A DNA stretch of 64,000 nt, from assembly GCA_938091905.1 (NCBI GenBank), contig CALKOM010000108.1, positions 23,193-87,192 of the forward strand. The letters are read 5' to 3'. The stretch's first letter is position 1. The number at the start of each line of letters is the position of its first letter. Positions 9,303 through 19,150 of this stretch are shown one piece after another. The notes beneath the pieces are model-generated. The model was not told the DNA's origin. It worked only from the letters and a program-made list of their open reading frames with translations, and searched no databases. A program made the translations under genes and the position numbers. The stretch comes from an uncultured Verrucomicrobiales bacterium (lineage in GTDB: Bacteria; Verrucomicrobiota; Verrucomicrobiia; Verrucomicrobiales; DEV007).

Positions 9303-10159
9303 GCAGCGTGATGGGTGGTAAGGCGTTGACGGACCGCACCACTCCAAAGATCGCAGACCACTATGATTGCTAACAATGCATAGAGATAAGCCCAGACCTC
9401 ATGAAAATGGCGTTCCCCCCATGAGAGCGACAAGTAGTAACCTAGTGTAGGCGCACCAAAGAAACCTAACACAGCCGCAGATCGCAGACCACACTCGAAT
9501 CGGTAGAGTAAGTAGGCAAAGAGATCAGGTAACACCGTGGGTAGTAAGCCAAAGACGTATACCTGAAGAACCGAAGCTCCATTCGCGCGCAGCCCTTCAG
9601 CCGTGGCACGTGGAGCTTCATCAATGAGTTCGGAAAAGACCTTTCCCAAGGTCGCACTATAGGGAATTGCGATGGCGATAACCGCGGCAAGTGGGAGGTT
9701 CCCAAGGGCCTGCAGAAACAGGATGGCCCAGATAATCTCATGAACCGATCGCAGGATAGTCATGACCAGACGCACTAGAAACATCGACGACATCGACAGC
9801 ACACGAAACGGTTTGGCAGGCGACGCCAGGGCAAGCCAAGCTCTGGTCGAGCCAATCAGCCCGAACACTAAGCCACCGATGAGAGAAAGACCGATGGCAG
9901 CCGCCGCATAAAGCAGGGTCTTGTAGATGGCGAAACCGATCTCACTAAGAAAGACACCATCCGAGGCAGGATTCGGATCTTCATAGGCCAACGCCGGGCG
10001 GAGAGCGGCCTTAAAGAATTCCCCCAGTTGATGCCACTGAGCTCTTCCAAAGAGCTGCGCAGGGTCTAACTGGATCAACCAGGCACCGATCATTCCCGCC
10101 AGAAGGATGCCCAACAAAGCAGATCGACGGGGGCCAAGCCAGTGCGCCGCGCGGTTCAT
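9299..10159 (-). CDS. PhnE/PtxC-family ABC transporter permease
   Basis: RSVHEIIWA, GKVFSELIDE and YRFECGLRSAAVLG. Confidence 0.85.
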   Translation of the reverse strand: MNRAAHWLGPRRSALLGILLAGMIGAWLIQLDPAQLFGRAQWHQLGEFFKAALRPALAYEDPNPASDGVFLSEIGFAIYKTLLYAAAAIGLSLIGGLVFGLIGSTRAWLALASPAKPFRVLSMSSMFLVRLVMTILRSVHEIIWAILFLQALGNLPLAAVIAIAIPYSATLGKVFSELIDEAPRATAEGLRANGASVLQVYVFGLLPTVLPDLFAYLLYRFECGLRSAAVLGFFGAPTLGYYLSLSWGERHFHEVWAYLYALLAIIVVCDLWSGAVRQRLTTHHAA

Positions 10160-10938
10160 GATTCGACTAAATCGCTCTGGTCTAAATGATAGAGCTCCTC
10201 GAAGTCTGTATCCGTCCAGTCTTGGGCAGGCGCATCTTTAAAGATCTTACCATGCCGCACGCCAACGAGCCTGGGAAGAAACGCCCTTGCGAGTCGTTGA
10301 TCGTGCAAACTCACGCCTAGAGTGAGCTGTTGTTCCTCGGCCAATGTAGACAACAAAGCCATCGTGGCTTCGGCTCGCGAAGGATCGACACTCGCCACGG
10401 GTTCATCCGCCAAAAGGGCTTGCGGTGCTTGATAAAGAGCTCTGGCGATGGCCACCCGCTGTTGTTGGCCACCTGAGAGCGTATCGACCTTGGCAAAGAG
10501 CTTCTCAGCAATCCCAACGCGCTCTAACAACGCATGAACTTTTGTCTGCTCAAATTCGCGAGAGAAGAAGACCGAGCGGAGACTTGCCCAGAAGCCTTGC
10601 TGTCCCAAGCGACCGAGCAGGACGTTCTGCAGAACGCGCAAACTAGGCACCAGGTGGTAGTGCTGGGGAATGAAACCTATCGCACTACGCACCTGGCGGA
10701 GATTCTTCTGATCTAATTGCTCCAACGCTTGCCCAAGCAACGAAATCTTGCCACTCGTCGCCTGTTGATTGGCGTTGAGCAAACGTAAGAGCGTGGTTTT
10801 TCCAGCGCCACTTGGGCCCACAAAACCGACACGCTCACCTGGTGCAATCGTTAGCGAGACATTATCTAACGCTACCAGGTCAGCGAAACGCACGGTGACG
10901 TCACGCAATCGGAAAGCCGCCTGAGCGGCGGTGCTCAT
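10156..10938 (-). CDS. PhnC-like ABC transporter ATP-binding protein
   Basis: Walker A GPSGAGKT, signature LSGGQQQRVAIARAL and LLADEPVASVDP. Confidence 0.9.
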   Translation of the reverse strand: MSTAAQAAFRLRDVTVRFADLVALDNVSLTIAPGERVGFVGPSGAGKTTLLRLLNANQQATSGKISLLGQALEQLDQKNLRQVRSAIGFIPQHYHLVPSLRVLQNVLLGRLGQQGFWASLRSVFFSREFEQTKVHALLERVGIAEKLFAKVDTLSGGQQQRVAIARALYQAPQALLADEPVASVDPSRAEATMALLSTLAEEQQLTLGVSLHDQRLARAFLPRLVGVRHGKIFKDAPAQDWTDTDFEELYHLDQSDLVES

Positions 10939-11834
10939 CTGAGAAATCCTAGGTCCGTCGCCACCTTGACGATGGTTTCAAAATCCGAGTTCTTCGCCGT
11001 AATGAGTTTCTCGCGGTTGAAGGCTGACTTGGCCAATGCCCCGTCCATTTCTATGAGAGCACTCTGGAGCCTGTCCGTGAACCCATCACCAAAGAGGGTT
11101 TCCAGAGCTGGATGCGCCGTGAAGTTGTAATCATAGTAGGTCGGTGTTTTCCAAATGATGCGGCATGCTTCTGTGTCCGATCCCGCCTTCTCGGCCCAGG
11201 AATCATACGTCTTGAAATTCACGGCTCCCACTTGGACTTGACCGGAGGCAACCAGGTCAATCGTGAAATCATGCGCTCCGGAGAATCCTGGTTTCTGACC
11301 GAAGAACTCCTCAGGCGACTTGCCCGTGTTCTCGCGTATAAAATACTCCGGCATGAGCCGGCCAGATGTGCTCTTGTTGGATCCGAAAGTGAATGTCTTC
11401 CCCGCCATCGCTTTGGGAAAACTCTCCGATGCCGTCAAGCCCGTGTCCTTGTGCGCAATAAAGTAGGACATGAAGTTCGGATCAGCCAAACCTTGGGCAA
11501 TCGCCCGCGCACCCTTCACATTGTGCATGGCCTGCACACCTGTGAGACCGCCAAACCAGGCGATGTGAACGTCGCCAGCTTCAAACATCTGCACAGACGC
11601 TGAGTAATCTGTGGAGGGCACATATTCACAGGTTACCCCCAGTTTCTCGGTGAGGTACTCGGCCACAGGATCAAACTTCGCCTGGAGGGCGACTTTGTTC
11701 TGATCAGGGATTGCCGTAAATTTCAATACAGCGCCACTTCCGGCTGCAGAGTCTGAGGGACTCTTCTTGGTACACCCAGTCAGCGCGACTACGACCGCAG
11801 TCACGCCCAACAGAATAATAGAACTAAACTTCAT
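10935..11834 (-). CDS. PhnD-like substrate-binding lipoprotein (putative selenate-transporter subfamily)
   Basis: Lipobox LTGC; AIPDQN, WFGGLTGVQA, TFTFGSNKSTSGRLMPEYF, FSGAHD and TPTYYDYNF. Confidence 0.8.
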   Translation of the reverse strand: MKFSSIILLGVTAVVVALTGCTKKSPSDSAAGSGAVLKFTAIPDQNKVALQAKFDPVAEYLTEKLGVTCEYVPSTDYSASVQMFEAGDVHIAWFGGLTGVQAMHNVKGARAIAQGLADPNFMSYFIAHKDTGLTASESFPKAMAGKTFTFGSNKSTSGRLMPEYFIRENTGKSPEEFFGQKPGFSGAHDFTIDLVASGQVQVGAVNFKTYDSWAEKAGSDTEACRIIWKTPTYYDYNFTAHPALETLFGDGFTDRLQSALIEMDGALAKSAFNREKLITAKNSDFETIVKVATDLGFLR

Positions 11835-11893
11835 AAACGAGGGCTAAGACTACGTAGGCTCTTAAGTGAAGCAAGCACGACATTAAGGGCTAT

Positions 11894-12385
11894 TTAGACA
11901 TCCCTGTCTAGGTCATCGATGATCTGTGGAATGGCGTCACTCAAGATCGTAAAAACTTCCTCAAAATCCATCTGAGCCCCTCCCATCGGGTCCGGCACAT
12001 CCTGATCTCGATACTCTGATAGCGTCGAAAACTCGGTCACCAACCGTGCTCCTACCGCTTCTTTCGGGAACTGTCGTTTTAAAGTGGTCAGATGCATCTC
12101 CGTCATCGCGTAGATGTTAGTCGCACTCTTGACTATCTCCTTGCTCACCCGCATGCTCGTCAGGCCCTTTCCACTAAGCCCTCGGAACTGCAGTAGTGCA
12201 AGAACCTCAGGCACAGGCGGCAAGGAGTGATCTGAAAAGAATCCAGCAGATGAAAGCTGCCATGGACGGCTTCCCAATTCAGCTCTGCAAATGGCCTCGG
12301 CCATCGGGCTCCGGCACAGATTTGCCGTGCAAACGAATAGCAAATGAGGGTGGCGGGGTCGCGTATTGAACCAATGTGAGAACAT
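11894..12385 (-). CDS. Low-molecular-weight protein tyrosine phosphatase family protein
   Basis: P-loop FVCTANLCRSPMAE and DVPDPMGG; the start could be 12427. Confidence 0.85.
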   Translation of the reverse strand: MFSHWFNTRPRHPHLLFVCTANLCRSPMAEAICRAELGSRPWQLSSAGFFSDHSLPPVPEVLALLQFRGLSGKGLTSMRVSKEIVKSATNIYAMTEMHLTTLKRQFPKEAVGARLVTEFSTLSEYRDQDVPDPMGGAQMDFEEVFTILSDAIPQIIDDLDRDV

Positions 12386-12529
12386 CGCTGATATCGGGAG
12401 ACGAAGGCTCCGTGGCATTCTGGCCATGTCAACGGGTACCTGCTAGCTAAATGACGTAAAGCTGCAGGGCGCTGCTATAAACCAGACGTCAGGCTTGCAC
12501 ACACCAGGTATCTTATTCGAGGCTTTAGA

Positions 12530-13774
12530 ATGCTTGAGTTTACGGACGCTACGTACGAATTCTTTCCAGCAAAGCCCAACAGCTTAGTGCTCTGGCTTGG
12601 AAGGCTCTTCAATCGGCGACGCAATCTTCCCGGTCACCGGCATCTGATTTCCGATGTCGAAGTTCGGGGAAACGATCGCTTGGACGAAGCTCGTCGCCTC
12701 GGAGGCAATCGCTGGTTCTTTCTCGTCAATCACTCCACCCACAGTGACGCCCAGATCTTGGCAGAAGCTCAACGAATAGTGGGCGTCCGTTCTTGTTACA
12801 TGGCCGCCTACGACGTGTTCCTGCGAAGCAAATTCCAGGCCTGGGTCATGCAGCATGCCGGCTGTTTTTCCGTCAATCGCGATGCTAGCGACAGTCGCTC
12901 CATGCGGGAAGCCATCCGAATTCTACTCGAGAATCGCTATGGGCTAACACTCTTTCCAGAAGGAAATGTCTACCTCATGAATGATCGCGTCAACCCATTC
13001 CTCGACGGCGCAGCCTTCATCGGAATGAAGGCGCAGAAACAACTTGGCAAGGACGCTCCCATCTTCGTCATTCCCACGGCAATCAAAGCGACTCACCTCA
13101 CAGATCAACGCGAGTCCATTCGAACAAAGCTCGCTCAACTGGCCACCGATATCGGCCTCGAATTCGACACCAGTACACCGATACTAGAGAATATCAAACG
13201 AGTCGGACTCAGCGCACTCGACCGGTCCCTCAAACAACGCGGGCTCATTTCTGACACGCCAGACGGCTTGCCCCTGCGCGCTCACTTGGAACACTGCGCC
13301 GAACTCATGACCAACGGCTTGGAAACCAAGATCGGTCTTTCAGCCAAAGCAACTATGCCACTCAGCCAGCGCATTCGCCAAGTGCGCACACGCATCCATA
13401 AGGTCCGAGCAGATCCAAATGCCAAGGCCGATCATCAAGTCGCTGCTACCTGGGCAGACGAGGCCATGATCGCCCTCCGTATCCTCAGCTATGCAGGCGA
13501 TTACGTCGAGTCTAATCCCACGCTTGACCGCTGTGGAGAGTCTGTAGAGAAACTGCTAGAAGATATCTATTCTCAGGTCCAAGCACCCTATGGGAACCGT
13601 CGCGCAATCGTGGAAATCGGTGAACCAATCAATCTCCGTGATCGTCTAGACAGCTACGCAAGCAATGCCCGCAAATGCGTCAGTGAACTCACAGCGCTAG
13701 CAGAGTCCCGTATACAAACTGGACTTGATTCTATCAATACCACGAACACAGCCATAGGAAGCACACGTTTCTAG
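12530..13774 (+). CDS. PlsC-like phospholipid/glycerol acyltransferase
   Basis: HX4D motif NHSTHSD and LFPEG. Confidence 0.85.
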   Translation: MLEFTDATYEFFPAKPNSLVLWLGRLFNRRRNLPGHRHLISDVEVRGNDRLDEARRLGGNRWFFLVNHSTHSDAQILAEAQRIVGVRSCYMAAYDVFLRSKFQAWVMQHAGCFSVNRDASDSRSMREAIRILLENRYGLTLFPEGNVYLMNDRVNPFLDGAAFIGMKAQKQLGKDAPIFVIPTAIKATHLTDQRESIRTKLAQLATDIGLEFDTSTPILENIKRVGLSALDRSLKQRGLISDTPDGLPLRAHLEHCAELMTNGLETKIGLSAKATMPLSQRIRQVRTRIHKVRADPNAKADHQVAATWADEAMIALRILSYAGDYVESNPTLDRCGESVEKLLEDIYSQVQAPYGNRRAIVEIGEPINLRDRLDSYASNARKCVSELTALAESRIQTGLDSINTTNTAIGSTRF

Positions 13775-13780
13775 TAAGGC

Positions 13781-13857
13781 CCCCTGAGAGAGTGCCCAGC
13801 AGTCTTTTCAGAAATTGGAAGACTGGTAAGAATGGGACGCAAGCGCTGTCTCAGGGG
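13781..13857. repeat. Nested inverted repeat (long hairpin)
   Basis: CCCCTGAGAGAGTGC (13781-13795) pairs with GCGCTGTCTCAGGGG (13843-13857); inner CAGTCTTT (13800-13807) pairs with GAAGACTG (13818-13825). Confidence 0.6.
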
Positions 13858-14052
13858 CTTAACTATCAACCCTCACGGGGTGGTTTTCATATTCTTTATA
13901 GTGAATGGACGCACTGCCTCAATCTCGGCCTAAGGTTCTTCTCATGAAAGGGCAGATTCAAGTCAGCCGATGTGGGCTACTTCGCCGAGCGTTTCCAACG
14001 GTTGTGGCTATCTGCCTTCTTTGCTCATCTTACACTAATGTCCAGGCTCGTC

Positions 14053-14510
14053 TCATCCAACTGGATTGTTCCTGCGTTTCGCTTTATCACCATCGCTCTC
14101 TAGCGCTGCAGCCTCCGAGTCGGTGAGATCCTTCAATCCTATGATCCCAGGTGACCCGCCGATAGGTTGAACCATCCACACGCTCGTCTTCTCGAGCAAC
14201 GCTCGAGAAGACGAAAGCCGAGGGCTGGAATGCCGGTCGGCACACGGTCTTCCCGCAAAGCAGTAGTATCCCTGGAGGTCTCTCCATCGCCGATCCGGAA
14301 CTCCATCCAAGTGAACGGCACGGCCTCTCCGAAGATCTTGAACTTGCCTTCTTTCCAGAATCGAATCTCAACCTCCAACGAATCGGGACCAACAGCCCTC
14401 GTTTGAATCTTCAAGCCAAGTTCCTCTGCCTGAGCTTTGGTGAGGTAGCCAATGGATAACATCGAGAAACTTGGAATCGCCGTGATCGCCAGGAGACCAC
14501 AATCGCGGGG
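14053..14510 (-). pseudogene. Probable frameshifted small secreted hypothetical protein
   Basis: Signal-peptide-like CGLLAITAIPSFS precedes ORF 14139..14462 without a proper start. Protein-like sequence continues in a second frame (ORF 14053..14310, RALLEKTSVWMVQP). Confidence 0.35.
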
Positions 14511-14571
14511 AGATTCTGAACAACGCCATCAGTGTGGATTACTTAGCAGATCACCCAACAAATAGGCCTCG

Positions 14572-15538
14572 TTAGCGGAAATCCATTCCGCCAGCACTCA
14601 CTATCAGCACCATGCGATCGACAGCCTGGGGATCTCGCGCAATGCAAATGGCAGCCACGTTCCCAATAAAGTCGATATCATGTCGACCTACAAATCTACC
14701 GGTATCATCTAACTCGATCAATCCGCTCGCGGTCGCGACGAAGTAAGAGCCCCGTTCCTTGAAATGAACCATCGAATTTACTCCACCCAAACCATGCTCC
14801 TCTAAATCAACGAACACACCGAGAACTTCACCCGTTCCCGCATCTAGCTCTAGCACCTGTCCATTGCCTCTCGACCCTCCTACTAGCAACTTTCCGTCGG
14901 CGTCCATCAGAACACCATAAGCATTCTTCATCACCTCGGGATCCATCTGGAAGCGCATCGGCGGAAGATCCACGCCAAGAGTGTGCTTTCCCACTGCTCC
15001 ACGAAAGAGATGAGTCGTGAACGACGACTGGCCACTCACAGCAAACCCGCAAACGTTGCCACCGATTGATTTGCCCTGATAGGATCGACCCAATGTCCCA
15101 TCAGGGAGATACACCCGGACTTCATGAGTAGTATCATCCGCAACATAGATTTGGTCACCGTCATCTACATAAATCTGAGCCGGCCCATAACGCCCGATAG
15201 GCTCTGTAAAATCAGAGATCTCAAGCCCTGCATCTGTCAGGCCGATGCGGATAACGTTCTTGTTTCCTTGCCGTGTCTGTCGCCACGTAGAGATCCCCAC
15301 TGCTTGATTGGCCAATTCCTCGAGGACTCATAAGCTCCGTGAATCTGATGACGCCTCTCGCAGCATTCATCTCAATGTCATAAGACATGATATTGTTAGA
15401 ATTAAAACCCGCCAAGAGCAATACCTGCCGAGAAGCTTCCGCATTCTCAGCAAAAGCGGTTTCAGACTCAACCTTCCGGAAATGAAAGAAGGCAAACCCT
15501 GAGAGACATAGCAAAGCGACGACAAACCATCGATTCAT
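14572..15538 (-). pseudogene. NHL/Vgb-like beta-propeller secreted protein, frameshifted
   Basis: ORF 15221..15538 (signal peptide; SPRGIGQSSSGDLYVATD) continues in ORF 14572..15315 (QGNKNVIRI...GPAQIYVDDGDQIYVAD). Single frameshift at ~15270-15280. Confidence 0.7.
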
Positions 15539-15653
15539 CAGGGTAACCTGACAGGATTCACCTGGCCGACAAGGCGATTCCCACGGACAACCGCAAGCTT
15601 CGTTTTTACAAACTCGTTACAAGACCAAGGTCAGTTTGTGTTATCCTGAAGAC

Positions 15654-16133
15654 ATGAAGTTACTACCAACCTTACTCTGTTCACTCATTGCTCTTTCCCA
15701 AATTGCTCCAGCTGGTGGAAATACTTCCATCATTGACATCGATAGTGTTTCCGAAATCAAGGTGGAGGAAGGAAGAATCACAATCAAAGGCAATGGCATA
15801 GTCAAACGCCGGGTGATGAGCACTGCCGAGAAGGGAGATACCACGGTATTTGGGCAGCCAGCTCAGTGGCTCCACGCGAAAGTCAAGCACGCCGTGTTTG
15901 AAGTCGTCCCCTACTTTACTCCGGACCTTAAAGGTGTGCCGACGGGTGGCCATGATGACGAAGAATTGAAACGCTTGAGCGACGAGTGGTGGAAATTCAC
16001 CCATGCGACGGCAAAGAAGATACAGAAAGGAGATGCCGTCACCATCGGATACCAGGGCGATCGAACCACGATCAACGGCTTCCGCATCACCAAGATCGAA
16101 GGTTATGGTTTTGTGAGTCTAAAGACCAAGTAA
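15654..16133 (+). CDS. Hypothetical secreted protein
   Basis: ATG start with signal-peptide-like MKLLPTLLCSLIALSQIAPA. Confidence 0.65.
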   Translation: MKLLPTLLCSLIALSQIAPAGGNTSIIDIDSVSEIKVEEGRITIKGNGIVKRRVMSTAEKGDTTVFGQPAQWLHAKVKHAVFEVVPYFTPDLKGVPTGGHDDEELKRLSDEWWKFTHATAKKIQKGDAVTIGYQGDRTTINGFRITKIEGYGFVSLKTK

Positions 16134-16142
16134 GCTCAATTA

Positions 16143-16559
16143 CTAGGAAGCTTTTCTTCTCGCGAGAGCACCACTAAGGAATCCCATCGGAAGATACGCC
16201 AGCAAGAGATCAACCATATTGTACCACATCGGGCCACCGATCATCTTCACCATCATCGCGCCACCGATCAGAAAAAACACGCCGACGCCAAGGGCGACTT
16301 TCATGTGGTCGCTGGCAGCCAACTTAACAGCGGCGAAAGCACCTACCAGTGTTCCAAGGGCATGACCTAAAAATGGAAAGATGAAATTAGCCGTTGTGAA
16401 CAAACTCATGCTCTCTCGGAGTCCCTCCATAGACGAAACGGAAGCGCCCTCAGGCAGGGGAACGACGGACGGGCCGACATTCACCAGCGCCATATTAACA
16501 ATGCTACCGACGACCACGCCGCCAATTCCGGCCAATAGATTCCTAATAATGGCATTCAT
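16143..16559 (-). CDS. Hypothetical membrane protein (about 4 TM segments)
   Basis: Hydrophobic helices; FPFLGHALGTLVGA and GPMWY...DLLLAYLPM. Confidence 0.75.
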   Translation of the reverse strand: MNAIIRNLLAGIGGVVVGSIVNMALVNVGPSVVPLPEGASVSSMEGLRESMSLFTTANFIFPFLGHALGTLVGAFAAVKLAASDHMKVALGVGVFFLIGGAMMVKMIGGPMWYNMVDLLLAYLPMGFLSGALARRKAS

Positions 16560-17020
16560 GATCCGCCATTCTTGAATGTCTCAAGGGCAATCAACCAGGT
16601 AAATCCAAACGAACCAACCTGCTTGCCTTCCTGGTCAAATATCTCAATGTTAATTTCTACTAAGGCCTTCCCTCGCGTATCAACCGTCGCAATCGCTTCA
16701 ACGATCACCTCCCGCTCGGTCTTCACTCGGGACGAAACGACACCAGTTGCAGGGCGGAGATACTTCGCGGCCGACCTCCGGACGACTCCACCTACATCCG
16801 TCCTCTCTCCACGAGACCGATTGAGGAATTCGCCACTGGTTGCTTCAGCCTCCGCAAAGAGCGCACTCGAGTGAATCGTTCCCAGGTGGTTCTCATGACA
16901 ACGCCCCGAATCCAAGGCCTGGAGGCAATCATCCTGTGTCGAAAGCGTGATACCTACGCGGGCATTAAAGGGTAATGATAGTATATTCACAACAAAGCTC
17001 CGCCCGTCATGAATCACCAA
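16556..17020 (-). CDS. Hotdog-fold thioesterase-like protein (PaaI/YiiD-like)
   Basis: NHLGTIHSSALFAEAEATSG and KYLRPATG; start uncertain. Confidence 0.7.
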   Translation of the reverse strand: MVIHDGRSFVVNILSLPFNARVGITLSTQDDCLQALDSGRCHENHLGTIHSSALFAEAEATSGEFLNRSRGERTDVGGVVRRSAAKYLRPATGVVSSRVKTEREVIVEAIATVDTRGKALVEINIEIFDQEGKQVGSFGFTWLIALETFKNGGS

Positions 17021-17052
17021 CCTAGTCCACCCATTCCTTATCTCGGCAAGAG

Positions 17053-17604
17053 TTAGTCAAGAGGCTCTTTGTCGTCCTTGCCGTCCTGAAGCTTAAGGAC
17101 GTAGAGAAGGAGACCATTTCCCCATTCTGGGCCTTCCATGAAAACAGGGCTGCCAGGCTTAAGAATGGCGTCTGTCTTTACAATCGCTTTGCCTTGATTC
17201 CAAAGTTGGAGATCGAGCTTCACGCCGATGCCATCTTCAGTCAGCCCCGCGAAGTCGAATTTTACGCAAAGTTGTTTTGAGGGTGCCACCCAGGAGTGGG
17301 TGGTTTTGAAGAGAGCCTCAGCTCGTGTTCCTAACACTTGGAAGTGCTTGTAATCCTTGAAAACCTGCTGCAGCGCCTTGGCCATTTCGGCATCGGCATC
17401 TTCGTAGCCGTCTCGTTTGGAGGCAGCGTCTTTGACTGCGTAGACAAGCGCCCCCCAGAGTTTCTTGGAGCCCTCAATATCATTGGCCACGGCTTTTTTT
17501 CCAACGTCAGCCTCTGCTGGTGTCTGCGCGCTCGACCACCACATTGCGACGGAGCAGAGGAGCCCGAGGCAAATGAGGGTGATTCTGTGAGTGAGTGCGC
17601 GCAT
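17053..17604 (-). CDS. Hypothetical exported protein in ECF sigma operon
   Basis: N-terminal signal peptide; starts 14 nt after the anti-sigma stop. Confidence 0.7.
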   Translation of the reverse strand: MRALTHRITLICLGLLCSVAMWWSSAQTPAEADVGKKAVANDIEGSKKLWGALVYAVKDAASKRDGYEDADAEMAKALQQVFKDYKHFQVLGTRAEALFKTTHSWVAPSKQLCVKFDFAGLTEDGIGVKLDLQLWNQGKAIVKTDAILKPGSPVFMEGPEWGNGLLLYVLKLQDGKDDKEPLD

Positions 17605-17618
17605 ACTGCAACAGATCG

Positions 17619-18248
17619 TTAGTAAGCAGGTCGATGCATGACAAATTCAATCTGAGGTCCAACAAATTCTTCCTCTAAATTAATGTCGAGGTCTGTATCG
17701 ACAACGAAGGGGCCCTCGTGCCTGTCGTTGTCTGCATCTGCCAGGATCAAATCAAACTCAGCCGGTAAGCGCTCCATTCCCTCAAGACGAATGACCATAG
17801 CATTGGCTTCGGCATCAAAACTCGTGACGGCAAAAATGGACTCGTCTGGAGTGTAGGCAGAAACGATCTGGCTCCCTCGGTGGGTCTTCTCACCGATGAT
17901 GCCAATCTGGGTCAATGTGAAGACAACGAGAGCGGCAGCGGCAAGCGGGGCCGCCCAAGATAGGTGCAACCACTTGGGTAGCCAAGAAGCTCGCGCGGGT
18001 TCGGCGGCTTCCGCTTCGTCCAGATCGCGCATCTGCTTCTGCAGATGGCTATTGAAGAAGTCCGCAAAGGGCGGGGTCCGCTCGGCGGGAAAGGTAGCCT
18101 GGAGATCTTCAGAAAGTTGACCGAAGAAGGCTTGGTCCTCGTCTAGAGACACACCTTCTGCAGCCGAGGCAGATTTGAGCGCCTCCACTTCCTCAGGCGA
18201 GAGTTCGCCATCGATCCATCGATTCCACTGTTCTTCACTGGGCTTCAT
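17619..18248 (-). CDS. Putative membrane-anchored anti-sigma factor
   Basis: N-terminal WIDGELSPEE, one TM helix (WAAPLAAAALVVFTL); overlaps the sigma gene stop. Confidence 0.75.
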   Translation of the reverse strand: MKPSEEQWNRWIDGELSPEEVEALKSASAAEGVSLDEDQAFFGQLSEDLQATFPAERTPPFADFFNSHLQKQMRDLDEAEAAEPARASWLPKWLHLSWAAPLAAAALVVFTLTQIGIIGEKTHRGSQIVSAYTPDESIFAVTSFDAEANAMVIRLEGMERLPAEFDLILADADNDRHEGPFVVDTDLDINLEEEFVGPQIEFVMHRPAY

Positions 18249-18894
18249 AAACGTCTTTCAAGAGGGATTGTAATTTCTTCCGGGCATAGAACAAGCGCGA
18301 CATAACGGTACCTATTGAAACACCGATAATTTCAGCAATCTCGTTGTATTGACGGCCATCGATCTCCTTCAAGAGGATCACGGCGCGATGCTCTGGGGAA
18401 AGTTTGGCAATGGCTGCCTCGATGCTCGAGCGGAGTTCGCGATGCTGAATCTTGTCGTCTGGACGGGCCTCCTTGAAAGGCACCGTCTTGGCTTTCGGGT
18501 CGATGGACTGCTGAATAGTCTCGTCGAATTCGCCCTCGGCCTGCACCTTGCGTTTCCGCATCCAATCGTAAGTCACGTTGTGCGCGATACGGTAGAGCCA
18601 TGTGTAGAAACTCGAGCGGGCCTCAAATTTCGGCAGGGCCTTCCACGCCTTTATGAAGGCCTCTTGAGAGAGGTCCCAAGCATCGGCTTCGCTCTTGACC
18701 ATGTTATATATCATTGCATAAACGCGTCCTCTGTAGCGAGTGACGAGCTCGTCAAACGCACCAGTATCCCCCGCCTGACAGCGGACAACCAGCGCATCAT
18801 CAGGAGGACCGTTCTCGGCATCTGCCGTCTCGGAACCTCCGTCCGAAGACGGCTTCACTCGAGATTCTGACGCGGTGGACGGCGAATTATTCAT
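18235..18894 (-). CDS. ECF sigma-70 family RNA polymerase sigma factor
   Basis: Region 2 DAWDLSQEAFIKAW...FYTWLYRIAHN; region 4 YNEIAEIIGVSIGTVMSRLFYARKKL. Confidence 0.92.
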   Translation of the reverse strand: MNNSPSTASESRVKPSSDGGSETADAENGPPDDALVVRCQAGDTGAFDELVTRYRGRVYAMIYNMVKSEADAWDLSQEAFIKAWKALPKFEARSSFYTWLYRIAHNVTYDWMRKRKVQAEGEFDETIQQSIDPKAKTVPFKEARPDDKIQHRELRSSIEAAIAKLSPEHRAVILLKEIDGRQYNEIAEIIGVSIGTVMSRLFYARKKLQSLLKDVYEAQ

Positions 18895-19087
18895 GGTCAA
18901 AGCCGCGTAGTTGCGGTTTCGGACATTAATAACACAGGCCTTCGGATGGGCACGACCGAAATCCAGCCAATCGGGACCAGAGACTCGCAAGTTTCAGTAG
19001 ATAAAGCCGGGATTCTCATTCTCTGCCGCGGCGAGATGAGGGGTAATCTTAGGACTTTCCCTGCGGTGATTTGGCGCGGCCGGACAC

Positions 19088-19120
19088 AAGAAAGGCGCCC
19101 ACCATGAGATGAGCGCCTTT
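19088..19120 (-). terminator. Rho-independent terminator after rplQ
   Basis: Minus strand AAAGGCGCTCAT-loop-GTGGGCGCC followed by TTTCTT, 30 nt after the rplQ stop. Confidence 0.75.
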
Positions 19121-19150
19121 GCTGAAAGTGCTTTTTAGCCAGCGAACGGC

